Assembly (NCBI GenBank): GCA_947589325.1
Contig: CANQAM010000009.1
Span: 195 to 64,194 of the forward strand
Origin: an uncultured Bacteroidales bacterium
Lineage (GTDB): Bacteria; Bacteroidota; Bacteroidia; Bacteroidales; UBA11471
Direction of reading: 5' to 3'
Length of the DNA: 64,000 nucleotides
Below, piece after piece: positions 56,374 to 64,000 of the stretch. Under the pieces are notes generated by a model. It did not search any database, was not told the origin of the DNA, and was given only the letters and a program-made list of their open reading frames with translations. The position numbers and the translations under genes are program-made. How positions within the stretch are numbered: position 1 is the stretch's first letter; every line of letters starts with the position of its first letter.

Positions 56374-57558
56374 ATGAACTATATTCAGATAAAACTGCGT
56401 GCGGGTAAGGAGGAGTCGCTGCTGCGATTCCACCCGTGGGTGTTTTCGGGAGCGATACAGAGCATGAGCGGACAGCCCGACGAGGGCGACGTGGTAGAGG
56501 TCATCGACAGCCGCGGCGAATTTCTCGGGCGGGGGCACTACCAGATAGGGAGCATCGCGGTGCGCATACTCACTTTCGAGCCGCGCGACATCGACCTCGA
56601 TTTCTACAAGGAGCGGCTGCGGGCGGCGCTCGAGGTGCGCCGCAGCATCGGGCTGCTCGACGGCGACTACAACGACACCTGCCGGTTGGTGCACGGCGAG
56701 GGCGACTACCTGCCCGGACTGGTCATCGACCTGTACGGGCGCACCGCCGTCATGCAGGCGCACGCGCCGGGTATGCACTACGCGCGCCGGCTGCTCGCGC
56801 AGGCGTTGCAGGAGGTGATGGGCGGCGCGGTGCAGAACATTTTTTACAAGTCGGAAACGACGCTCCCCTACAAGGCGCAACTCGATGCCTCCAATGAATA
56901 CCTGCTCGGCGGCAGCGCCGACGACATCGCCGTGGAACGCGGACTGAAATTCCACGTCGATTGGTTGAAGGGACAGAAAACCGGCTTCTTCGTCGATCAG
57001 CGCGACAACCGCGCCCTGCTCGAACGCTACGCGCGCGGACGCTCGGTACTGAATATGTTTTGCTACACGGGCGGATTTTCTTTCGCCGCCATGCGGGGCG
57101 GGGCGAAGCTCGTGCACTCGGTAGACAGTTCGTCGAAAGCCATCGACCTGACCAACAAAAACGTGGAGCTGAATTTCCCGAACGACGGGCGGCACCGCGC
57201 CTTTGCCGAAGACGCTTTCAAATTTCTCGAACACGCCGGCAGCGACTACGATCTCATCATACTCGACCCGCCGGCATTCGCCAAGCACAAAAACGTGCTG
57301 CGCAACGCCTTGCAGGGCTACCGCAAACTCAATGCGGCTGCGCTCGAAAAAATCGCCTCGGGCGGCATACTCTTTACCTTCTCCTGCTCGCAGGTGGTGA
57401 GCAAAAACGACTTCCGGCTGGCGGTGTTCAGCGCGGCGGCGCAGACGCGGCGCAAGGTGCGCATTCTGCACCAGCTCGCCCAGCCCGCCGACCACCCCGT
57501 GAACATCTACCACCCCGAAGGCGAATACCTCAAAGGGTTGGTGCTCTACGTGGAATAG
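56374..57558 (+). CDS. Class I SAM-dependent rRNA (cytosine-C5) methyltransferase, RlmI-like (PUA + MTase)
   Basis: HPWVFSGAI (PUA/EVE-like N-terminus), KTGFFVDQRDNR, LNMFCYTGGFS and ILDPPAF. Confidence 0.85.
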   Translation: MNYIQIKLRAGKEESLLRFHPWVFSGAIQSMSGQPDEGDVVEVIDSRGEFLGRGHYQIGSIAVRILTFEPRDIDLDFYKERLRAALEVRRSIGLLDGDYNDTCRLVHGEGDYLPGLVIDLYGRTAVMQAHAPGMHYARRLLAQALQEVMGGAVQNIFYKSETTLPYKAQLDASNEYLLGGSADDIAVERGLKFHVDWLKGQKTGFFVDQRDNRALLERYARGRSVLNMFCYTGGFSFAAMRGGAKLVHSVDSSSKAIDLTNKNVELNFPNDGRHRAFAEDAFKFLEHAGSDYDLIILDPPAFAKHKNVLRNALQGYRKLNAAALEKIASGGILFTFSCSQVVSKNDFRLAVFSAAAQTRRKVRILHQLAQPADHPVNIYHPEGEYLKGLVLYVE

Positions 57559-57569
57559 AGTATATATAT

Positions 57570-59633
57570 ATGAATACACAAACGACGACAGTAATGAAAA
57601 AATTTATCTGCATGATGATGACAATCGGTTTATTGTCGGCTTGCTCCGGCAAGACGGAAAAAGAGGCGGCAGACGACTTCGCCTATTCGGTCGATCGCTT
57701 CGCCGACTTGGAGGTGCTGCGCTACCGCGTGCCCGCATTCGAGAGCCTCGCGCCCCGACAGAAAGAGTTGGTTTACTACCTGACGGAAGCCGCGCTGCAA
57801 GGGCGCGACATATTGTTCGACCAAAACGGGAAATGGAATCTCGCCATACGCCGCACGCTCGAAGCCGTCTACACGCAATACGAGGGCGACCGCTCCGGCG
57901 CCGACTTCCGTGAGTTGGAAAAATACCTGAAACAGGTGTGGTTTGCCAACGGCATACACCACCACTACTCGACGGACAAGTTCACGCCCGGATTCAGCCG
58001 CGAATTTTTCGAGGCAGCCGTGCGGAGCGTGCCGGCAGAGAGCCTGCCGCTGCGGGCCGACGGCGACGTCGAGAGGCTGCTCGCCGACATCTGCCCCGTG
58101 ATTTTCAACCCCGACACGCTGGCGAAGCGCGTCAATCAGGAGGCGGGCGCCGACCTCATCGCCACCTCGGCGGGCAACTTCTACGACGGCGTAACGCAAG
58201 CCGAAGCCGAAGCCTTCTACGCCGTGCAGAAAACGCCGGGCGACACCATGCCGGTATCGTACGGACTGAACAGCCGCCTCGTCAAGCGTAACGGCAGGCT
58301 GCAAGAGGAGGTGTGCCGCGTGGGCGGCCGTTACGGCGAAGCCATCGAAAAAATCGTCTACTGGCTCGACAAAGCCGCCGGCGTCGCCGAGAGCGACCGG
58401 CAGCGCCGCGTCATCGAAACGCTGGCCGACTACTACCGCACGGGCGACCTCAAAACATTCGACGACTACTCCATACTGTGGGTGGGCGACACTTCGCGCA
58501 TCGACTTCGTGAACGGTTTTATCGAAGTGTACGGCGACCCTATCGGCCTGAAAGGGAGCTGGGAGTCGCTCGTCAATTTCAAAGACCTCGAAGCCTCGCA
58601 CCGCACCGAAATCATCAGCGCCAACGCGCAATGGTTCGAGCAGCACTCGCCCACCGACACCGCTTATAAAAAGGAGGAGGTGAAAGGCGTGTCGGCAAAG
58701 GTCATCACCGCCGCGCTGTTAGCGGGCGACTGCTACCCTGCCACGCCTATCGGCATCAACCTGCCCAACGCCGACTGGATACGCCACCTGCACGGCTCGA
58801 AATCGGTGACGATCGAAAACATCACTTCGGCCTACGACAAGGCGGCGCAGGGCAACGGATTCAATGAAGAGTTCGTGTGGAGCGACACCGAGCGGGAGCT
58901 GATACGCCGCTACGGATTCCTCACCGACAACCTGCACACCGACCTGCACGAATGCTTGGGACACGGCTCGGGCAAACTCCTGCCCGCCACCGACCCCGAC
59001 GCGCTGCGCTCGTACGGCTCCACGCTCGAAGAGACGCGCGCCGACCTGTTCGCGCTCTACTTCCTCGCCGACGAAAAGCTCATCGAACTGGGGCTGCTGC
59101 CCGATGCCGAAGCCTATAAAGCCGAATACTACCGCTACATGATGAACGGCCTGATGACGCAGCTCGTGCGCATCGAACCCGGGAAAGACCTCGAAGAGTC
59201 GCACATGCGCAACCGCCAGCTGATAGCGCGTTGGGTGCTCGAAAAGGGCGCCGCCGACCGGACGGTGGAGATACGCCGGCGCGACGGCAGGAGCTTCGTG
59301 GTGATAAACGACTACGGGCGGCTGCGCACCCTTATCGGCGAACTGCTGGCCGAAGTGCAGCGCATCAAATCGACCGGCGACTATGAGGCGGGGAAAAACT
59401 TAGTGGAACGCTACGGCGTGAAAATCGACAGCGCGCTGCACGCCGAAGTGCTGCGCCGCTACGAGGGATTGGACATAAAACCCTACAAAGGATTCGTCAA
59501 TCCCGTCTATACGCCGGTGTTCGACGGCGAGGGGCGCATCGCCGACGTCGCCGTAAGCTACGGCGAGGGATATGCCGAGCAGATGCTGCGCTATGCGCGC
59601 GACTATTCGCCCCTGCCCACCTACAACGATTGA
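57570..59633 (+). CDS. Dipeptidyl-peptidase III family (M49) zinc metallopeptidase, lipoprotein
   Basis: Lipoprotein signal (MMTIGLLSACSGK). HECLGHGSG and EETRADL are the two M49 zinc motifs. The track ORF starting at 56961 is an upstream run-on into rlmI-like coding sequence. An alternative ATG is at 57594. Confidence 0.88.
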   Translation: MNTQTTTVMKKFICMMMTIGLLSACSGKTEKEAADDFAYSVDRFADLEVLRYRVPAFESLAPRQKELVYYLTEAALQGRDILFDQNGKWNLAIRRTLEAVYTQYEGDRSGADFRELEKYLKQVWFANGIHHHYSTDKFTPGFSREFFEAAVRSVPAESLPLRADGDVERLLADICPVIFNPDTLAKRVNQEAGADLIATSAGNFYDGVTQAEAEAFYAVQKTPGDTMPVSYGLNSRLVKRNGRLQEEVCRVGGRYGEAIEKIVYWLDKAAGVAESDRQRRVIETLADYYRTGDLKTFDDYSILWVGDTSRIDFVNGFIEVYGDPIGLKGSWESLVNFKDLEASHRTEIISANAQWFEQHSPTDTAYKKEEVKGVSAKVITAALLAGDCYPATPIGINLPNADWIRHLHGSKSVTIENITSAYDKAAQGNGFNEEFVWSDTERELIRRYGFLTDNLHTDLHECLGHGSGKLLPATDPDALRSYGSTLEETRADLFALYFLADEKLIELGLLPDAEAYKAEYYRYMMNGLMTQLVRIEPGKDLEESHMRNRQLIARWVLEKGAADRTVEIRRRDGRSFVVINDYGRLRTLIGELLAEVQRIKSTGDYEAGKNLVERYGVKIDSALHAEVLRRYEGLDIKPYKGFVNPVYTPVFDGEGRIADVAVSYGEGYAEQMLRYARDYSPLPTYND

Positions 59634-59644
59634 TGAATGGACTG

Positions 59645-59677
59645 CGGCGGGAATCTGCGCCCTGCGGATTCCCGCCG
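59645..59677 (+). terminator. Hairpin after the M49 peptidase gene (possible terminator)
   Basis: Perfect 11-bp stem CGGCGGGAATC / GATTCCCGCCG with an 11-nt loop, 12 nt after the stop. It lacks a clear T-tract. Confidence 0.35.
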
Positions 59678-59849
59678 TGACATCTATTTCCGAAAATTAA
59701 GAACATTTTGGTCGCATTTCTCCAAAAACGACCCTCCAAACGGAAATAAATGTTATTTTTTTCCCTTTCTTTGTAAAAAAACAGTGCGTGAAGTATAACT
59801 AATCAAATAATTTCGTATATTTGGCGCATAAACTCTAAAAACATAAATT

Positions 59850-62372
59850 ATGAAGAAATTACTACACATTGTGCTTCTAAGCACGCTGTTCTGCTCTTTT
59901 ACCGCCAGAACGTCGGCAAAAGTAGCAGATGTAACCGAACTCTACGGCGAATGGACGTACACGGCGACCGTTTCGTATGCCGACGGAGTTACCGAGGCTC
60001 AAAAAGCGAATATCAAAGAAACAGGTACCGCAATTATCAGCCAACCTTCTGTTCCAGGATACGGTTGCGAAGTAACCGAATTTCTCGGTATAAAGAATCC
60101 TTTTCTGTGCCTGTTTTCTGCTAATACACTTACCTGCAGAAACCCCAATAGCGCCAATATGTTCTCTATCGGTTCATGGGCTCTTTCCGATGGTGCTACC
60201 AAAAATCCGTGGGGAAATTTCTCGGACTGGGAGTGGACAGTATCCGAGGACGGAAAAACCATTACGATTTCCACCTTTTACATCGTATCGTGCGGCTACC
60301 AAGACCCTACTGCCAAACTCATAGCTACGGTAACAGATGCCACATTCACTTTCTCCAAAGCCGAAGAGGTGGAAGCCATCGACCTGACGGGCGACTGGAA
60401 ATTCACGGCTACGCAATACTACGATGCAGAGGCAGAACGCTTCCCGCACGAGTTCGATATGAAGCTCACCGCCAAAGACCAGACCTATAAAACCTACGAC
60501 GCCACCCTCGATTTCGGAGAAGAATACACCGAACAAACGTTCAACGACGTAACGTTCAACGGGGTTACCGTAACCATACCGCTGGGCAGCAGCAAACGCT
60601 ATCTCAATGATTCGCTGTCGCTCGCTCAGATGTCAAAGAATAATATACTTTTCGATGGCGTTATCACTTTCAACAAAACAGACAGCCGCACCCTGTCGCT
60701 CACTTCTCGGCTGGATATCCGGATGGACACGACCGTAGTGGACGGCCAACAAGCATCGCATGAAACGACGAAATATATCCAATATTATATCGGTGGCACG
60801 GCTAAAAAAGCGGTATCGTACAGCTTTGAAGGCACCTACGTGGTAACCGTCGATGACGAGGGTCTGATGCGGGATAATAACACGAGCGGATTCGAGTATC
60901 CGAAGAACTTTGAATTCACCATTATTTCTAAAGACGGGCGCCTGACTTTCAGCAATTTCATGGGCTGCGATTTCACTAATCCTCCGTATAGCGGCTCGGT
61001 GGCTCTCTCGGCCGATAACCCCTATGTATTGGAATTGGGAATCGGAATAGATGGATACACCTATAACTCGGTATATACGTTCAGTTCCGGAAAAGCGCTG
61101 TATCTGCACGACGGCAATGGAGAGACTAAAAATCCGGTAACCATCACCTATAACGAAGAAGACGGCACGCTGTCGATATCCGATTTCTCGTTCGCTTATT
61201 ACGACTTCATCGGTGGTCAAGGACTTGTCGGAGTGGAAGCCTACTATACGAACGCCACCATCGTGAAGAAAGGCGAAGAGGCTCCCGAAAAATGGGACTA
61301 CTTTGGCGACTACACCATGACCGCTACCATAAGCAAAGAGGCTGCCGCTGCCGACTATGCCGATTTCGACTTCGCCGAAAGCTCGAAATTCACGCTTTTC
61401 GAAGCCCCCGCAGGAGAGATCACACTTCCTTATGTAACCTTTTTTATGGGAATTGATCTTGGGCCTCTGAATTATGGCGGGTTCCGTGCAACAGCCGATG
61501 AGGATGCAAAAACCATATCTTTCACGGGCGCTTGTTTATACAACAATCGCGAGGCCGGTAAACAGCTCAACCTGCGCGACGCTACCGGAGGTATGAATCC
61601 CATCGTCGTAACCTATAACGAAGACGGCACCATCACGATGAGCGACTTCACCATCGTCGACATCGAGGGCAATCGCGTAGCCACCTGCACCGGCGTAACG
61701 CTGACGCGCGGTACAGAGCCGGAAGCACCGTTTGAATACTTGGGCGACTACACCATGAACGCCACCGTAGCCAAAGAGGCTGCCGCTACCGACTTTGCCG
61801 ACTTCGACTTCGCCGAAAGCTCGAAATTCACTGTCGAGCTCTTCATGGGAAAAGAGCCTACTGTCGTATCCACATTCATGAATGCCAATGCTTCCGGCTT
61901 GAATAGTGGAGGCTTTTTGGTAACCGTCGATGAACAGGCAAAAACGCTATCTTTCAACGGAGGTCTTGTATACTACAATAACGGAACCGGTAAACAGCTC
62001 AGCCTGCGCGATGCCGAGCAAGGTATGAATCCTATCGTCGTAACCTATAACGAAGACGGCACCATCACGATGAGCGACTTTACCATCGTCGATGGCGAGG
62101 GCAACCTCGTAGCCGCCTGCACCGGTGTAACGCTGACGCGCGGATACACGCCCGAACCCGGCGCTATAGAAAGCGTATCGAGCGACCGGAAAGCTGCCGT
62201 ATATGCTGCCGACGGCGTGATATACATCGCCGGCGAACCGACCCGTGTCGAGGTGTACAGCATATCGGGCGCACAAGAGTACAGCGGCATTACGAACGAA
62301 ATCGGCGGACTCAACCGCGGCTTCTACCTCGTAAAAGCCAACGGAAGTACGTCGAAAGTAATCGTTCGATAA
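59850..62372 (+). CDS. Modular secreted protein: five ~150-aa lipocalin/calycin-like modules + T9SS C-terminal sorting domain
   Basis: Signal peptide. Module openings with ~150-aa periodicity are LYGEWTYTATVSY, LTGDWKFTATQYY, FEGTYVVTVDDEG, YFGDYTMTATISKE and YLGDYTMNATVAKE. The C-terminus RVEVYSISGAQEYSG...GFYLVKANGSTSKVIVR is T9SS-type. Confidence 0.7.
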   Translation: MKKLLHIVLLSTLFCSFTARTSAKVADVTELYGEWTYTATVSYADGVTEAQKANIKETGTAIISQPSVPGYGCEVTEFLGIKNPFLCLFSANTLTCRNPNSANMFSIGSWALSDGATKNPWGNFSDWEWTVSEDGKTITISTFYIVSCGYQDPTAKLIATVTDATFTFSKAEEVEAIDLTGDWKFTATQYYDAEAERFPHEFDMKLTAKDQTYKTYDATLDFGEEYTEQTFNDVTFNGVTVTIPLGSSKRYLNDSLSLAQMSKNNILFDGVITFNKTDSRTLSLTSRLDIRMDTTVVDGQQASHETTKYIQYYIGGTAKKAVSYSFEGTYVVTVDDEGLMRDNNTSGFEYPKNFEFTIISKDGRLTFSNFMGCDFTNPPYSGSVALSADNPYVLELGIGIDGYTYNSVYTFSSGKALYLHDGNGETKNPVTITYNEEDGTLSISDFSFAYYDFIGGQGLVGVEAYYTNATIVKKGEEAPEKWDYFGDYTMTATISKEAAAADYADFDFAESSKFTLFEAPAGEITLPYVTFFMGIDLGPLNYGGFRATADEDAKTISFTGACLYNNREAGKQLNLRDATGGMNPIVVTYNEDGTITMSDFTIVDIEGNRVATCTGVTLTRGTEPEAPFEYLGDYTMNATVAKEAAATDFADFDFAESSKFTVELFMGKEPTVVSTFMNANASGLNSGGFLVTVDEQAKTLSFNGGLVYYNNGTGKQLSLRDAEQGMNPIVVTYNEDGTITMSDFTIVDGEGNLVAACTGVTLTRGYTPEPGAIESVSSDRKAAVYAADGVIYIAGEPTRVEVYSISGAQEYSGITNEIGGLNRGFYLVKANGSTSKVIVR
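61288..62143 (+). repeat. Tandem intragenic duplication (two ~430-bp copies, modules 4 and 5)
   Basis: Long, nearly identical DNA stretches recur about 432-438 bp apart. One is ACCTATAACGAAGACGGCACCATCACGATGAGCGACTT(C/T)ACCATCGTCGA at ~61611 and ~62041. Another is GGCGACTACACCATGA at 61305 and 61743. Confidence 0.85.
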
Positions 62373-62458
62373 CCTCCCCCCTCCCTATCCCTTCCCCGGC
62401 GCACCCCGTATGTGTCGGGGAGGGATTTTTTATCTGAAACAAACCCTATCTATCCAAC

Positions 62459-64000
62459 ATGAAAAAAAACTTTTTCATTACCTTACTTGCCCTGATAACA
62501 GCGGGAACGATGCAGCCGGCACGGGGAGAGCGCCTCGACAGCGCTCCGTCGCCGATACGCATCACTTCGGAAACCGGAAAAATAGGTTTATCGCCGGCAC
62601 CGCTCTCCCCGCGCGACGTAGAAGATGGCTCCTTTTCGATGCAGAGCGGCACACGCTTCTCGCTCGAAGCAGGCGACCTGAGAGTGTACTCCGGAAACTC
62701 CTTTTCCGGCGTACTGGCAGCAGCCTTGTTGCGCGACAATGAAATCGTAGCTCTCGTGGACGAAGTGTCCATAGAGCAAGACAACAACCGCTGGGTGCAG
62801 CGCTTCCCCTCGTGCCGGATACCCGAAGGCACCGAAGTGCTCGACGGCGATGAAATAGCCCTCGTATCGAAACAGACGGGCAGCGAAAGCTACTGCCTGC
62901 TGGAAGCCATGCCGGGCGACGACGAGGTAACGACCCGAATCCCGGCACGCAACTACCGGCTGCCTTTCTGCACGGTAACCATCACCGCCACGGAAGGCGC
63001 CGAAACGACGGCGTCGCCCGCCAACCTCTACCCCGACAAAGTGATACGGGGGAGAGATTTCACAGTGACAGCCCGCGCCCTCGCGCCCTCGCACGTACTC
63101 GCTATCGAAGTGAACGGCAGCAGGGTGCCGGCAACCTACGTCGGACAAAACTACTTCTATACGCTGGAATACGTTACGAGCGACCAAACGGTAACGATAA
63201 CCGCCATCGACACCGCCGCCATGCCCAAATACATGGAGATAACCCCCACGGCGGACAAACGGCTGAAAGAGTGCTTCGCCCCGTATGAAGCCGACTACGT
63301 GCAGTCGCTCAACATCAAGGGCGAACTCTGCTCGGACGACTTCTATTATATGCGCGACAGCATGCCCGCCCTGCTCGAAATAGACATGCGCGAAGCGACG
63401 GTAACGTCGCCGTGGCAGTCGATACCGGTACGGGCATTCGAAAACAATACGCGGATACAGACCATACTCTTGCCCGAAAACACGACATCGCTCGAAAGCA
63501 ATGCGTTCTACTGCTGCGAATCGCTGCACAACATATTGCTGCCGGCAGGACTTAACCAATTCGGATACAACCAGTTCGGCAAATCGGGCGTGGGCACGGG
63601 CATCGTGTGCGCCCTGTGGGATCCGTATGAAAACGACTATACCTTGGGCTTCCCGATATTCCACTGCGCATTCGCCAACACGGGCTATAACTACTACGGC
63701 ACCCTGTGCGTGGCAAACGAGAAATGCGTGAACGCTTACCGATTCGCGGGAGTTTGGGGCGACTTCAAAACCATAAAGGTCATTACCCCGAAAGACAGGG
63801 CGATAGTGACCCGTCTCCCGATAAAACAACGAATACTGAAAGAGATGGAATCGAGCGCCCTAACTGCGCCGAAGGCTGAAACCACTGTCGCCGCGACCGG
63901 TGAAAACGGCGGCTGCACCGTGCGGCAATCGGGCGAAGAGGAACTGCATATCGCCGTGTACGGCATCGACGGACGGAAACGAGCCGCCCTGACGACCCGC
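62459..64000 (+). CDS. BspA-type leucine-rich-repeat surface protein, probable T9SS cargo, 3' end off the window
   Basis: Not in the ORF track because no stop lies in the window. The frame is open from the ATG at 62459 for 514 codons. It has a signal peptide (MKKNFFITLLALITAGTM) and an LRR_5-like segment (AFENNTRIQTILLPENTTSLESNAFYCCESLHNILLPAGL). The last residues (LHIAVYGIDGRKRA) look like the start of a T9SS C-terminal domain. Confidence 0.7.
   Translation, partial: MKKNFFITLLALITAGTMQPARGERLDSAPSPIRITSETGKIGLSPAPLSPRDVEDGSFSMQSGTRFSLEAGDLRVYSGNSFSGVLAAALLRDNEIVALVDEVSIEQDNNRWVQRFPSCRIPEGTEVLDGDEIALVSKQTGSESYCLLEAMPGDDEVTTRIPARNYRLPFCTVTITATEGAETTASPANLYPDKVIRGRDFTVTARALAPSHVLAIEVNGSRVPATYVGQNYFYTLEYVTSDQTVTITAIDTAAMPKYMEITPTADKRLKECFAPYEADYVQSLNIKGELCSDDFYYMRDSMPALLEIDMREATVTSPWQSIPVRAFENNTRIQTILLPENTTSLESNAFYCCESLHNILLPAGLNQFGYNQFGKSGVGTGIVCALWDPYENDYTLGFPIFHCAFANTGYNYYGTLCVANEKCVNAYRFAGVWGDFKTIKVITPKDRAIVTRLPIKQRILKEMESSALTAPKAETTVAATGENGGCTVRQSGEEELHIAVYGIDGRKRAALTTR

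Noticed and set aside
56961-57569. The 890-aa track ORF suggests an M49 peptidase with a ~200-aa N-terminal extension overlapping the rlmI-like gene.
   Set aside because: The extension is Arg/Ala/Gly-rich out-of-frame read-through of the methyltransferase gene. A clean lipoprotein signal begins at the ATG at 57570 (or 57594), after the rlmI-like stop.
1-64000. A search for CRISPR arrays, rRNA or tRNA genes, toxin-antitoxin pairs and known defence operons.
   Set aside because: No regularly spaced repeats and no tRNA-like or rRNA-like conserved blocks were seen outside coding regions. No small paired ORFs typical of toxin-antitoxin modules were seen. The only tandem repeat is intragenic (61288-62143).

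Overview
This is a Bacteroidales-type chromosomal segment with G+C above 50% by eye. It shows Bacteroides-style TTTG/TAnnTTTG promoter boxes, SusC/SusD pairs, HmuY and several T9SS C-terminal sorting domains. About 1-34.1 kb is one large polysaccharide utilization locus (PUL). Its minus-strand block, in transcription order, is a multi-FAS1 lipoprotein, SusC, SusD, FAS1, FAS1, SusC, SusD, an FG-GAP beta-propeller with a T9SS tail, a terminator, two tandem GH27/36-like hydrolases, a hybrid two-component regulator (HTCS) and a sialate-O-acetylesterase-like esterase cut by the window edge. GH95 and GH2 (beta-mannosidase-like) genes are transcribed divergently from it. 34.5-46 kb is housekeeping: yicC-gmk-nadD-DUF5063-like-exonuclease, then esterase/metallophosphoesterase/MFS/rlmD on the minus strand, then ppdK. 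46.3-49.3 kb is a calycin-like lipoprotein-hmuY-TonB receptor heme-uptake operon. It is followed directly by a roughly 2 kb AT-rich island (49343-51407) carrying one AAA-ATPase/DUF4143/nuclease-like gene and flanked by a perfect 10-bp direct repeat. 51.5-59.6 kb holds ompA-family, degenerate LytM, dxr, rseP, an rRNA methyltransferase and an M49 dipeptidyl-peptidase. 59.8-64 kb holds two T9SS cargo genes: a protein of five lipocalin-like modules whose last two copies are very similar, and a BspA-type LRR protein cut by the window edge. The two edge-truncated genes (1-1858 minus, 62459-64000 plus) are absent from the supplied ORF track and were read directly from the sequence. The ORF track uses TTG as well as ATG starts, so several 5' ends were moved to internal ATGs with better signal peptides or N-termini. 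I saw no rRNA, tRNA, CRISPR array, integrase or transposase. The items most worth follow-up are the FAS1-rich dual-SusCD PUL with T9SS-tagged components and no recognizable endo-enzyme, the direct-repeat-flanked AT-rich island, a promoter-plus-terminator-bounded candidate small RNA between ppdK and the heme operon, and the modular T9SS protein.
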